Shown here: one piece after another, positions 42,351 to 58,559 of the stretch | How the letters are laid out: each line of letters opens with the position of its first letter | Position numbering within the stretch: the stretch's first letter is position 1 | Source of the DNA: Octopus vulgaris | Taxonomy: Eukaryota | NCBI GenBank assembly: GCA_951406725.2 | Contig: OX597833.1 | Span: forward strand, 27,094,001 to 27,158,000 | Direction: 5' to 3' | DNA length: 64,000 nucleotides | Made by a program: the position numbers and the translations under genes | Notes under the pieces: generated by a model | What the model saw: only the letters and a program-made list of their open reading frames with translations | Database searches by the model: none | Told to the model about the DNA's origin: nothing

Positions 42351-43244
42351 TGTATATATATGAATACATAATACATATATATATGTATATGTATATACGT
42401 ATACACACATATATATAGGGAGAGAGCGAGAGAGAGAGCGTTTGAGAGAGAGAGTGAAGTGAGCGAGTTCTTTTATTACATCATTGTACAATTCTTTCAA
42501 TTGTAATTCGATCTCATGAACACTGCTCTATTATGCAACAATATATTTATGAGGTCACGAACTCAACTCATCAGAATTATATAGCAACGTTCATTTGAGT
42601 GAAACATGAAATATCAATAATTTATACCTAAGTTGGGCGTGTTTACAAATTACAAGTGAGTCAAAACAAAACATACCACTGGTTAAAGAGTCACTAAAAA
42701 CATGTAAAAGGACCAATACTTTTGTTTTCTATGGTATATCATAAATTATCGGCCTGTTAACAATTTGAATCTCAAGAATGTAAATTGATTTAATTAAAGT
42801 ATTTGCCCACTGTATTTTCCAAGTTTCTTATGGTATAATCTGTGTATTTTTGTGTATTTTCAGGCATGTGTTTGTTTAATACAATTTCTGGGTAACCGTC
42901 TGTATGATAGCCTGTAGCTGCAGATGAGCTTAATAACGTAACCTTCAGGGTTAACACCCAAATAAAGGCATTTTTAATGGTAAAAGGTAGGTGAATGTCA
43001 CAAGAATCTTCCGAGTGAATGAATCTATTCTAAGCATACGCCTGCTGACAAAGTGGGGAGGGTGCTTACTCTGGTAGTCAGGACTGTCGTGGATTTGTAG
43101 GATTTCCACAAGCGGTCCTAAGACTTCCTCTTTGGAGTAATTTTGTTGTTATAATAGATTGTTTTTCTTTCCCACATTCTATTTGTCCTGTGCTGTCCAC
43201 AATGTTTCTTAATGTAAACTCTTTCTGATTAATAAAGAAAAGAT

Positions 43245-43306
<62 letters not shown>

Positions 43307-43309
<3 letters not shown>

Positions 43310-43715
43310 AGTGGCACTGGAGTACAAATATACGAAGCCCAATATATCCATCATGACTATCCGTCTGATAAGAGTACACCAGGCATCATATGTGCCCGAC
43401 ATGGTGATCTCATATCAAGATAAACAGCAAGTGGGGCGCAGCTAGTTTTTTTTTCAGGCCGAGAAGCTCAGCATGCTCAAAAATTTTCTGAATAAATTTG
43501 TTTATGGATGATGAACAAAACACCTATGTTTCCAGAAGTGAATAAAGAATTACTCTCAGCACATGGCTATGTTTCCCCACTACTTCTGCCCGTGATCAGA
43601 GATGCACATATCATCAGCCACTAAGGGACATGCTAAACTACTGAGGGTCAAGCAACTGACAGGTAAATCTGTGGTATTAAGCAGAATATTTGCTGTAGCC
43701 CACCTTTTTCACCAA

Positions 43716-43718
<3 letters not shown>
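43307..43718 (-). mobile_element. Partial copy of tRNA-Gly-headed long SINE
   Basis: Colinear with 34195-34640. Confidence 0.7.
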
Positions 43719-43789
<71 letters not shown>

Positions 43790-43833
43790 TACACACACAC
43801 ACACACACACGCACACACATACACACACGCACG

Positions 43834-43891
<58 letters not shown>

Positions 43892-44664
43892 TACATATAA
43901 ATGTAAGATCCAGGGATCGAGGTGTAGGAAGGAAGTTAGCTACAAGCAATCCGTAGTAAATATATAAAAACAACCTTCAGGAAAAATAATGATTTACTGA
44001 GACGGAAGGTTTTGGATTTATTTTCGTCTCGAAAAACGATCAGCTGAAACAAAGTTTTTTCTTGTATTCCACGGTAAGCGACCAGGGTTGCCGGGTATGC
44101 GAATAAGAGTACTAGAGTTACGGAATGGAGTAGGTAAGATCCGGCTTAAATACGTTACATAGCGGGCTAACTCTCAGAAAAGGTAAAAATCCAAGCAAGG
44201 TGTATACTTCCAGCTACTATTCAGGCCAAGAATATTTGATTAAATTAAAGGTTACATTGACGCAAGGATGTACATGTTAGCGCATGGAAGATTCAATCAG
44301 AATGTACTGAGAGCATAGTATGAGAGGAGTATATTAATGCAGGGATAAATAAGTATTAGATTAAGATGGAAAAAAGGGGGAAAGAAGAAAATATAAGGGA
44401 GTGAGAGGAAGGAGGGATTTGAGCAAGGTCACTTGAATGGTACATTTCTGTGTGTGTGTGCGTGCGTGTGTGTGTGTGTGAGAGAGAGAGAGAGATGACG
44501 AAAACATATATTAATAGAGATGCAAGGCCGGAAAAAGCCGATGAATCGAGCGGGCTTAATAAATGAGGCAGCGGAAATTGCCGAAACTGGTTTCAGTATA
44601 AAGAATTCTCGATCAGCATTGTTCGGACGATTCAGGTCCCTGTTAGAGTTTATGCTTTCATTCA

Positions 44665-44841
44665 TATTTATGACTGACTGCTAAATTTACAAGTTTTATA
44701 TTCTTTCTCTGTTTATTTACTCGTGTTCCTTTCTGTTGAAGAGCGTAAGCTCGAAACGTAAAAAAATTTCTGACCTTCCCGAGCGTAAAACTAATACACC
44801 TGCTTGTTGTTTGTACACCTGTCTTCGTTTTCTGTGAATTC

Positions 44842-44845
<4 letters not shown>
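44665..44845 (+). mobile_element. Short PLE-terminal-like repeat with HHR-like motif
   Basis: CTGTTGAA-GAGC(GTAA)GCTC-GAAACGTA at 44733-44760. Confidence 0.55.
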
Positions 44846-44883
<38 letters not shown>

Positions 44884-44906
44884 TCTAATAATATTTTATA
44901 TATATG

Positions 44907-46614
<1,708 letters not shown>

Positions 46615-47208
46615 ATTGACAACGCAACGATCCCTCCATGTCAGCCAGAGACATGAGAGTGCCAATTTTTGGCCGAATTCATCAAAGACAAGAGGACACA
46701 CTGCATATATATATATCCGAGCGAGAAAATTGTCAATTATTTGACATACTCTGGTGTACTCATGTTACATTTGGTATAGGAAATACAGCAAGCCAATAAT
46801 TGGTCCGTTGGCAACTGGTAACAAACGTCGCTATTGTTCACAAAATGCATGACATATAGATAGATACTTACAAACAAAGAAATTAGGTAAAAGCTTGCCT
46901 ATACAACCACCGCCATCAGCGACACATTCTTCATAAAAGAAAATTGTAAAGTGTTCTGTCAACGAAATGTAAATGTACGTCATATTTGCAGCGAAGGAAT
47001 CTAAACTATATTATTCAGGTATGACATGGTATTTCACACATATGTATGGCATTTATTATTCCATCATCCGCATGGTATTTCTGAAGAAACGCATATGTGG
47101 ATGTATATATCTTTGTTGTGTGTGAATGTTTCTGCATTAATGTGTATGCATGTACGTATTTATATACATATACATATACATATACGTATATATACGTACA
47201 CATATGCT

Positions 47209-47244
<36 letters not shown>

Positions 47245-47283
47245 TGTATATGTTTATATGTATGTATATGTATGCACACACAT

Positions 47284-47328
<45 letters not shown>

Positions 47329-48416
47329 CATGCATATGTACATCCGTAGATACAATATATGTATGTGCATATAGATTTTAGGGCTAAAATATGTAACATC
47401 CTCCTAAGCAGGACTGCCAATTTTCGTTGGCAAATAGATTTTACTCTATAGCACTGTTACTACTTACTTCTCGCTCAGAGATTTAAAACTAAATGTCTTC
47501 CTGTTTACGAGATCAGTGACTGTGTGTTAGGTAATAATCCGATTATATAACCTTGTGCTCCTCAGAGTAAACCGATATGGAAGGGAATGTGTCGACTGCT
47601 CTCTATTGTCTGAGGTGAATTGGCACATTCGGTTTGCGGTTACTATGAAAAAGATAGTAAAACAAAACGGGCAGCAGATTAGGTTAGGACTCTTAGACGA
47701 CTCACTTATGTGTGTGTGTGAGTGAATGTGTGTGAAATATATCACATATCTACGTGTGATATAATCGTATGTGTTCTAATACACACACACATATACACAC
47801 GTACACTTACGCACGTATCTGAATTTATGTTTTTGTAAAATTTTCCCTATGTTGTGCTTTAGTTAATTTTAAAAACATTATTTATGTAACGCTACGCACT
47901 CCTAACGTTTTTACTCACATGTAAAATATTCTTCGAATATTCTTTGTACGACGCCTATTTTTGTCTTTTTCTCTTTCTTCCTCTGTCTTTGGCCTTCCTT
48001 CCTCTCTCTTTCTTTCCTTTTCCCTTCTTCTTCCTTCATTCTGTCTTTCAATTTGTCCTTCTCTTGTCTCCAGTCATACAGGACATTTCCATTTTCATTT
48101 GCGTTACTTCATAGCTATCTGTCTTGCGGCGGCATGTTTTTTTCTTTTTCTTGTATATGTATATTTTATTTTGACGTATTTGTTTTCGCAAATGCCCTGT
48201 ATGTTCGTTAGCTATTCCCAGTGACATTTCTCCACGGGCACCACCAACCGTGAACAATATCAACGTTAAAGACACGAAATTGTAATGATCTTTTGGATGT
48301 TCATTGATGAGGAATTAGGTACGAATTTTCTGTTATGTTTTTGCAAAATTTTCCGTTTGCTGCGCTTCTGTTAAATTTCATCTACATATATATATGTGCG
48401 TGTGTGTGTGTGTGTG

Positions 48417-48484
<68 letters not shown>

Positions 48485-48547
48485 TACATACACACATATA
48501 TACATACACACAAACATACACATACATACATACATACATACATGCAT

Positions 48548-48643
<96 letters not shown>

Positions 48644-49074
48644 ATATAGGGTTAATCCAAACAAGAAAACACAAAAAAACACAACAACGCGAGGACGTGG
48701 AACAAATATAGTATTATTGGACGCTCAGATATATACATACATATGCAGACGATGCCTATCTATATGTATATCGTCATAATATAGTATAGATTTTGTGATT
48801 AATCTTCAGGAATGGAAATGTTGCATTTATTGTTTTCTCTTTTGTTTTGTTTTTTTTAATTTATCTCTTTTTATTTGTACATTGATTGCCTTTTTCCTAT
48901 ATGTCAACAAACAGGGCAAAATCACATATAGGGGGAGTGATATGAAATCCCACCACCCTGATGAAATCAACTAAGAGGAATCATACGGGAAGGTGAGAAA
49001 TTTGGTGATGCTCCAGCATGGCCACAGCCGCATGGCTGAAACACATAAGAGAATAAAAGAATATATATGTGTGC

Positions 49075-49089
<15 letters not shown>

Positions 49090-49113
<24 letters not shown>

Positions 49114-49760
49114 CGAACACCACGCATCCTTTTCCAAGTAAGTTTTATTTTAATAATTACGATGCGCACTCTTCTATCTCTACTATCTCTCTCCCTCTCT
49201 TGTTCTTCATCCTTTCTGGTTTTCTCTCCCACCCTTTCTCTCTTCTTTTCCTTTCCTCTTCACCGTTCCCTCTCTCTCACTCCTCCTCCTCGACTCTCTC
49301 GTCGCTGACACGTGACGAAAGAGAATCTATCTTTCTGCTCACTACCTTCCTAAAGACCACACATGCTTATACTGTTTCCTATCATAAGCTCGTCTTCCTA
49401 GCGTTCATAATAATTTTTCTATTGTTTTGGCTTAACAGCCCTCACGTTTTGTTTTTAGTATTTTGTTCTCACTGTCCTGTTCTTGTTATCAATTTCACCC
49501 TCCGCAAAAAATCATGAATTTTATTTAATTTGCTTTGCCGGGAGGACTGTTTCAATGAAGCCACGTATTGTCCTTATCTTCGTAACGCGGAGTAGATGAA
49601 ACAGGGACAACTGAAGAAGGGGAATATTCTTTATGTTGCATGACTCGTGTCTCTGTTTGGTTGGGTTTTTTTCGTTGTTCCAAAAAGAAGTTCGTATCTA
49701 TGTTTTTGTTTTTATGTTTTCGTTTCTCATTGTATTCAACGTTTGATGTACTGTACTCAT
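49090..49760. repeat. Interspersed repeat related (inverted) to 55810-56200, probable PLE terminal region
   Basis: TTGGCTTAACAGCC, AATTTGCTTTGC and CGCGGAGTAGAT are mirrored in 55810-56140. Confidence 0.55.
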
Positions 49761-49849
49761 ATATGCATGTATATATACATATATATTATTTATATTATAT
49801 ATAGATAGATATATGTATATATGTATATATATGCATATATGTATGTATG

Positions 49850-49978
<129 letters not shown>

Positions 49979-50445
49979 TTGTATGTACGTATGTATATAT
50001 ATATATCCATTCACCTTTCGTTTCCCTTTCCACTTATTGTACTTACTCTTCCATATTTTTACTTGTCTTTCAACCACTGCTCTAATATCTCTGCATCCAT
50101 ATTACCATTGTTTTTTTTTTGTTGCTATTCATGATATTACTACTGTTGTTGTTCTTGCTGTACTTGTTACCGTTGTAGCTCTTACTAATGTTATTTGGGT
50201 TGATGTTGGTCTAATATTTACCGCTGTAAGAAGCAAGTCTTTTTAAGCAGCATGTCTTTGGTTGCTATAATTGTCTTCGCGTACTTAAGTTATATGTTTG
50301 ATGTGTATATTTTATTGCTATAATATCAGGGAAAGTGGATTAATTGCGGTTGAGAGTGAGGAGATGAATTAGAAAGCTTAATCGTTTCACATACACACAC
50401 TTTCACACATTTCGTACATGTGCATGCACACACACACACATATGA

Positions 50446-50499
<54 letters not shown>

Positions 50500-51440
50500 G
50501 TATTTATATATATATTCATATATATAAACATATAAATACATATATATACATACACACACACACACACGCATATATATTCCACATTTAAGGGCAATTGTAT
50601 TTGTTTCTGCATTCACGACAGAAATTCCTATTTACCTGGCTACCAAGGTGATAGTAGGAGATGATTCCCATAATCATTGTGAGCCAAACAGGCAGAAAGA
50701 TAATGCAAATCTCTTGTGTACAGAAAATAATTATGCGAATATCTATGCTAATTACAACATATACAGCAACAAAAACAACAATGGCGACGACGACAACAAT
50801 AAGATTAAGACAGTACTAAGATTCATCTCGAAAATAGTTATGAAGATACATGTGAGTGTTGACAGGAACCATCCATGAACCAGTGAAGAAGCATCTATTT
50901 AGACTCTCAACCTTATAGGAATAGCAATCAAATCTCCATTAACTCGCAGGCTACAATCTTAAAAATGGATAAATACATTGGATAATGTAGTCTAAGACTA
51001 TGATTGAAAACCTTGACAGGATATTAATGACAGGGGTACAGGTCTGCTAAATACTACATGATTTCTTAATAGGTACAGCTAAATATCTCGATATATATCA
51101 AGCTCATGTTTCCTCACAGTTCATCGGTGTAAGAACAAGGGTGTATGTATTCATTTCGCTAAACTAAGTATGTCTGAAATCTCCATGTCTGAAGTTCCCC
51201 CCTTGTTTTTGTCTTTCCCGTGAGTAAGGACATGGACGCTAAAATTTTGAGGGAAATATTAATTGCATTAGTCTCACCTGATTAGGGAGATCTGTGATGA
51301 CCTTAGGCACTGTCTCTTTTCTTCAAACCAGGTAAATGAAAACAGGAAAAAAAGTTCATCACATCAAAATGCATTTTTAACAAAGTCTCATAATAGGAAA
51401 GTGTGTTAAATGTTCTGTTTTGAGTTTTCTCCTGTATTTC

Positions 51441-51551
51441 AACTGTATTTCAACCACTACGCAATATGCCCATGGACATATGGCGTAGTGGTTAAGAGCG
51501 CGGGCTACTAACCCCAAGATTCCGAGTTCGATTCCCGGCAGTGACCTGAAT

Positions 51552-51595
<44 letters not shown>

Positions 51596-51796
51596 TGATG
51601 ATGATAACAACAACAACAACAATAATAACAACATCGAAAATACCATAGGAATGAGAACACAGGTTCGAAATTTCCCCAAGACACCTGATGAAGGCTGGAG
51701 TGTACCTCAACCGAAACGTTGTGTTAACAAGAAACAAGATCCGTCAATTGTAAATAATGTATGTAATTCCTCATCTCTTAAATATAGAACTGTATT
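51441..51796 (+). mobile_element. tRNA-headed element with (AAT)n spacer and 3' hammerhead
   Basis: A box TGGCGTAGTGG, B box GAGTTCGATTCCC; HHR at 51680-51725; AACTGTATT at both ends. Confidence 0.65.
51680..51725 (+). ncRNA. Minimal hammerhead-like motif (CUGAUGA-A)
   Basis: GACAC-CTGATGA-A-GGCTG(..)CAACC-GAAAC-GTT-GTGTT. Confidence 0.6.
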
Positions 51797-51975
51797 AACT
51801 TTTTTAAAGATGGGTATGTAACAGTACTCTGCCTTGCGTTCTAATGTCTTGTTCACACATGATATATAATAATTATTATTATTAAGTCTGGGAATTGAAA
51901 CCGCGATACTACGACCGCGAGTCCACTGCGCTAACCACTGGGCCATTACGCCTCCACATGTTTCCAGACTTAATA

Positions 51976-52015
<40 letters not shown>

Positions 52016-52605
52016 TATTAAGTCTGGGAACATGTGGAGACTGTCTTGTCTACTAATAAATGTCTACAATATACAGACCTATAAAATAGCATAATTCCGT
52101 GCTATCGTACGAACCCCGGCTAAAATCAAGAACACTCACTGTGTTGACATATTTTCTTTTTTACGCAGATAGAGTCATCAAGCTGAAGAGTAATATTTTT
52201 CCTAGCACGGAGTATATTTTCAGTGTCCCTTCAATGGTGTCACAGATCTCAGTGAATTTCAACGCTGCAGGAGTGTCTTAGAGATGGAGAGGTAAAATTC
52301 AATAAACATAATGGTGTCTGTTCTTAGCACTAATGTAGTTGAAACTGTCTTTGATTGCATGGCTCTTCTATTTTTCTATTGCTGAACCTAAATTGCTACT
52401 CTTGCAATATCGTTAATTTTGCTAATATTTTCACAAGATCTCGGATTTGGTGGTGTGAATTACATTAAAATAAGCATCAAAGGTGAAGCTTTCATTTTGT
52501 GTGATCGTTGAGTATGATAAAGCATGTTTGGTTAGTGTTTATAGTCTGGTATCAACTATTTAATACAGGTGCTATATTCCCTGTCTTATCATTAATGACA
52601 TTATA

Positions 52606-52800
52606 TAAGGCGGTAAGCTGATAGCATTGTTAACACACCAGGCAAAATTCCTAGCGGCATTTCGTCCGTCTTTACGTTGTGAGATTAAATTCCGCCGAGA
52701 TCGACTTTAACTTTTATCATTTGGGGGTCGATAAAAAAAAGTACCAGTTGATCACTGGCACCGATGTAATCGACTTACAACCACCTACCAAATTTGAAGT
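52606..52800 (+). mobile_element. Nin-domain-type SINE
   Basis: CCGCCGAGATCGACTTT...GGGGTCGATAAAAAAAAGTACCAGTTG. Confidence 0.7.
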
Positions 52801-53264
52801 CGTTATCTCTTATTATAAAAGGCAGATTTTATCTGCCTCCCTTTGTCTCTTATAGAAATCTACAATATAGGATTTCTTCAATTACAATTTACCTAGCATT
52901 TTTAAGAGTAGAATGCATCGGGTTGTGCCAGGTCCAGTTTTTAAAATTTCAACCCCAATTAAGCAAAATTTAGAGAAAACTCACATTGTGGTGTATAAGT
53001 CAAATGCTTTTCTTAGTGTGGGCTACAGCACACGCACACGCACACACACAGTGTGCAACGATTAAAGTGAAAATAATTCACTTTTTGTAGTGAGTGACTC
53101 TTTCACTCTGCATTCCCATTTCCTCTTTACACACATAGACACGCAAATATATAAATAAAATTGTAAGCTAACGTGTGTGTGTGTGTGTGTGTGTGCGCGT
53201 GTGTGTGTGTGTGAGGGTGCGTGTGTGTGTGTGTGTGTGTGCGTGTGCGTGAGTGTGTGACAGG

Positions 53265-53780
53265 AAAGTTTTTTAGGACGAATATAAGGCCTAAAGTATA
53301 TACAAGTAGCAGAAAGATCGCCCAAAAGTGCATATAGATATTTAAATGTATTTATATATTCATCTATACACAGATGTATGTATAATGTGTGTGTATATAT
53401 TTCCATAGAGGTAACCTTTCACTCCATACAAAGTTTTTTAGGACGAAAATAAGATCTAAAGTTATCTCTAAGTAGCACAAAGATCGCCCAAAAGTGTATA
53501 TAGATATATAAATGTATTTATATATTCATCTATGCACACATGTATGTATAACGTGTGTGTATATATTTCCATAGAGGTAACCATTCACTCCATACAAAGT
53601 TTTTTAGGACGAAAATAAGATCTAAAGTTATCTCTAAGAAACAGAAAGATTGCCCAAAAGTGTATATAGATATTTAAATGTATTTATATATTCATCTATA
53701 CACACATGTATGTATAATGTGCGTGTATATATTTCCATAGAGGTAACCATTCAATCCATACAAAGTTTTTTAGGACGAAA
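53265..53780. repeat. ~166-bp tandem repeat (3+ units) inside the Helitron
   Basis: AAAGTTTTTTAGGACGAA at 53265, 53430, 53596 and 53762. Confidence 0.9.
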
Positions 53781-54029
53781 ATATTTATATATAAAAGAAA
53801 GGTTGTGTGTCTGTCTACTCCGATTTAGATTCCTAACTACTCCCATATTTTGCGATGCAGTTTAACCAAAACCGGGTATCTTATAGTCGTGATTCATATA
53901 GAGTCTTTCTGGGTATTAGCGCGCGTCTACGATGAGTCTATGATTTTACAAATAATTTACCATCATTTTTTTCCATTTTAATGCATATTTTTTTAATAAA
54001 GGGAAGTAACTCTCAAACTTCACACCAAT

Positions 54030-54551
54030 ATGCGTGCTCATATGCGACGTAATATCACATCAACAGCATTTCCTCACACCCTCCTTGCACTTGGCGAAGG
54101 CAGAATACCAGGGGATGAAAATGGTAATATTGCCATCGATTCCATTTGTACCATTGTTAAGACGCCTTCTGATCTCAGTGATGCAGTGTTACCAGATCTA
54201 CAAGCTAATTATCAGAATATGGATTGGATTGGCAAAAAGGCTATACTGGCCCCGAGGAATAAAACTGTTCACCATATTAATGATGAAATGCTAAAACTCA
54301 TTCCTGGGGAAGTCTATGTATATCAGTCTATCGATACAACTCCTGATCCAGAGGACGTCATCAACTATCCAATAGAGGTACTCAATTCCTTTGAGCACCC
54401 CGGATTACCACCACACTTTCTCAAACTTAAAGTTGGTGCCCCTATAATGCTCATCAGAAATTTGGTTCCCCCAAAACAATGCAATGGCACACGTTTGATC
54501 GTTAAGTCCTTATCTCCCACCGTAAACTTATATCAATATTTGCCTGAATAA
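54030..54551 (+). pseudogene. PIF1-family helicase fragment of Helitron RepHel
   Basis: AILAPRN..V..IN, YPIEVLNS..PGLPPH.LKLKVGAPIMLIRNL...CNGTRLIV motifs. Confidence 0.88.
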
Positions 54552-54710
54552 TCATCATAATTCAGTGCAATCATTAACAGTACTTTCAAGCAATTCAGCT
54601 CCGAGCAACGCCGGGCAATTCTGCTAGTTAATGGTATATTTATGTGTCCTATATTTCACATAATTATGTATTCTTACACCCTAATTATACTTTCTATCGA
54701 ACGTTTTTAT

Positions 54711-54763
<53 letters not shown>

Positions 54764-54786
54764 CGGATGGAGTATTTCTATTGCAT

Positions 54787-54825
<39 letters not shown>

Positions 54826-54914
54826 GTGTGTGTGTGTGTATACATGCGTGCGTACTTGTGTGTCTGTTTACAAGCGTGTGTGAGCATAAGTGTATATATA
54901 TATATATATATATA

Positions 54915-55039
54915 TTATTATATAGAAGGAGCTTCTACAGGACTAGTACTGTTTCATTCAAGAGAAATCTTCAGGCTTCCTGAAGATTTCTCTTGAATGA
55001 AACAGTACTAGTCCTGTAGAAGCTCCTTCTATATAATAA
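54915..55039. repeat. Perfect 61-bp-arm palindrome with HHR-like motif on each strand
   Basis: Arms 54915-54975 and 54979-55039; CTGAAGA-TTTC(TCTT)GAAT-GAAAC...GTC from 54980. Confidence 0.9.
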
Positions 55040-55110
55040 ATTAATTTTACTCTGCTATGTATTGAGTACCTTATTTACTGTGGTTAACCCCGAATCAACC
55101 CGGGACCTAC

Positions 55111-55273
<163 letters not shown>

Positions 55274-55720
55274 TAGATGCAAAAATACTCATTTCAGCTC
55301 TAGAAAAAATGTGTGTTTTAAAGATTAACATATAATTTCTAAATGTGTGGGTAAATGTCGGTGTGATCAACATCAAATAGAACCGCAATGAAAGTATCAA
55401 TTAAATAAGATCCCAGCATATATACACTGGCGTTCACTTCCTACCTTCCTACTTCACTGCTGTCGATCATATAGCATTTACAAGAATGTTGTATAAATGT
55501 TCATCAGTATAATCTATATTTTCTCATTAATTTGTTGTTGGTAGGAACAGAGGAATTTTAGCCGGAGTATACAAATACGTAGCTTTACATACCGTATAAC
55601 TCTTCGCTGATTGATTACTGCATATATGTTATGTCTTCTGTTTCACATTATATGTGTGTGTGCGTCTGTGTGTGTGTCTATCTGTCTGTGTATGAATGTT
55701 TATGCATATATATATATATA

Positions 55721-55762
<42 letters not shown>

Positions 55763-55809
55763 CATATATATACATACCAACATATATTTGTATAAATACA
55801 TGCATATAT

Positions 55810-56815
55810 GGGTACAGGACATCAAGAAAAACGTAGACAAAATGAGAAACCGGAACATAAAAGCAAAAACATAGAAAACGAACTTTTTTTCGAACAACGA
55901 AAGAAACAGAGGAACGAGACAAGCAACATAAAGAACGTTCCCTTCATCAATTGTCCCCTGTTTTATCTACTCCGCGTTCCGAAGGTAGAGACATGACGTG
56001 ATTTCGTTAAAACAGTCCTTCCCGCAAAGCAAATTAAATAAAACTTGGAATTTTTTGCGGAGGATGAAAGAGGTAACAAAAACAGAACAGTTAGAACAAG
56101 ACAGTAAAAACAAATGGTGTGGGCTGTTAAGCCAAGACGAGGTGAAGTGGTGAACGCAGGAAAAACGAGCTTTGAGATGAGACAAGTAAAAGCAGGTCTT
56201 GTCTTTAGGAAGGAAATGGAAGAAGAAACAATACAAGTGGAAGAATAAGACGATACAAAGAAAACAAGGACGAGTCATTCGGAATTTTCTATCCGCAGTC
56301 GAGTTCCAGATTATCGTTGCAATTTCGGCTGGTTATACTCGAGATTGCTCCAATCGGGCCAGCCCCAAGGTAAAACTAAGCTAAGAGTATTAGATTCCTT
56401 GGAACAAAGCAGCGAATGTATGCGAAAACAAGGACAGAAAAAAACGGAGAAATGTTACACAAATACAAATGCAATTAACAAGACATAACAACAGGTCTTT
56501 TTCGACTGGGGACGAATTAAATTAAGCTGGCGTGTGTGAAAGTAAAGCCTTACGGCAGGAGGAATATAGATGTTGCACGGATGGTAGTCGAACCAAGAAA
56601 GAAAGATGAGGCTTGGCTGAACACCGGTCACGTGGGGAGAGAAGATAGAGATGTAGAGGCAGAGGGATAGAAGAATTAAGGAATTAACTAGCCGAAATTG
56701 CAACGATAATCTGGAACTCGACTGAGGATAGAAAACTCCGAATGACCTGTCCTTGTTTTCTTTGTATCATCTGTCTGGATGTTTTGCGTTCTTGTTCCAT
56801 TTTTGTATTTTTTAT
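55810..56815. repeat. Probable PLE terminal fragments with internal inversion
   Basis: 56252-56335 inverted at 56685-56768; homologous to 38430-38680 and 49090-49760. Confidence 0.55.
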
Positions 56816-57526
56816 ATATAAGATATAGCGGCGTACTATATATATATGTATATGTCTGTACATACATACATACATACATACATACATACATACATACATA
56901 CAGTCACAAACATGCTGATATGGAATAAATATGTAGCGACTGTCATATAGTTTTCATTCCATACTAGTTATCTCTGGCGAACACATGATGTTCCATAATC
57001 GGGCTGTTATCAGACATCTCGTTTAATATCCAGTGCGAAACTTTATGTTAAGATCGGTCGTAATGAGTGTAGTCGATTCATATACCCACTCTATTCACAA
57101 ACATAAGAGCGCATATTTTTCCTAATACATTCTTAAACTACTATGCGTATGAGGGGTGCGTGTATGTGTGTGCGTGGGTGTTTGTTTGCGTGCGTTTGTG
57201 TGTTAGTTTATGTGTTTGCGCGCGCGCATGTGTGTGCATGTATATATGTTTTTTTTAAAGTCTACGAAAGGATTTCTGGATGATAATGACAGCGGAAATT
57301 CCATGTCCACCAGGTTAATGGCTACAGGGTCCCTTGAATACCGTTTTATTGAAAACTGTCCCCCTAGCGATCCTCTTTGATGCTTCATCAACATATTTCT
57401 AGAAATAACTAAATTAGGCTTTAAAAATAACTCTAATGGATGATGCAAAGCATAGCAGCACGTACGGTAAAAAAAAGTGACTCCTCCATGAGCGCAACAG
57501 ATACACCAGATACAGTTACATACATA

Positions 57527-57576
<50 letters not shown>

Positions 57577-57634
57577 CATACATACATACATACATACATA
57601 CATACATACGTACATACATGTATATATATATATA

Positions 57635-57673
<39 letters not shown>

Positions 57674-57834
57674 GAACATATATACATATATACCTATACA
57701 CATATTTTTCATATATATATTTAAATATTTGTATATATATTCATACATCTATATACATACAATTACATATATTTATACATATGCATATATATATGGTGGG
57801 AAGTGTACAAGTGTATGTGTGTGAGGGTGAGTGT

Positions 57835-57872
<38 letters not shown>

Positions 57873-58559
57873 TTATGCGCACTTAATAATACACATATAT
57901 ACTTGCATGTATATGCGTGCTTCTCTTATCCCAATGAGCTTTTATGAGTTATGAATGACTTTGAAGATCAAAGCATTTTTTGAACAGGTTCTCGTGATAC
58001 GAGAAACTGTCAAAGCATGCATAAATGACTAGTTAACAGCTTTCCTTCAAAACGGTTCCTTCACAAAATAGCAGAAATATAAACCTAAAACAAAATCATT
58101 GCCATTATCATTCCATTTAGTTATGCAAGGCCTCTCTGTACTTGCGAAGTGGAAAGAGAAAATGGCTCTCATACTATATTTTGAAATATGACATTGATGC
58201 AATATCAATACAGTATTTTGTATATGTCACGAAAGAATTGAGCAAAAAATTCAAGGTAAACAATGTACTGGCTTGTTTCTTATTAACATAGAATTTCTGT
58301 CAGCTGAGTGATTTAGTGTTTTTTGCATAACTAGCAAACATGTCTTGTGTTTGTGTATCTGACGGACATACAGACTGTGATATATTATCGACTGCTATTT
58401 CTAGTAAACATTGGTGATACTATAAATGATACTATAGTTGAAGGAAGTATAAATAATAATAGTGATAATAATAGTAACACCGATTATAGTAGTAGGACTA
58501 ATGATAATAATGATAATAATGAATAATAACAATGATAGGAATATCAATAATATTAATAG

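Larger units (their letters stand above)
52806..54627 (+). mobile_element. Helitron (internally deleted, composite)
   Basis: A|TC 5' end at 52806; CCGAGCAACGCCGG hairpin plus CTAG|T 3' end at 54627; PIF1 helicase fragment inside. Confidence 0.8.

Noticed and set aside
44555-44597. Possible HHR (TAAATGA-GGCA..TGCC-GAAA-CTGG-TT)
   Set aside because: Core and helix I too degenerate to call; may be a decayed copy
53265-53780. CRISPR-like periodicity (also 61133-61533)
   Set aside because: Whole units repeat with no unique spacers; eukaryotic TE context, no cas genes
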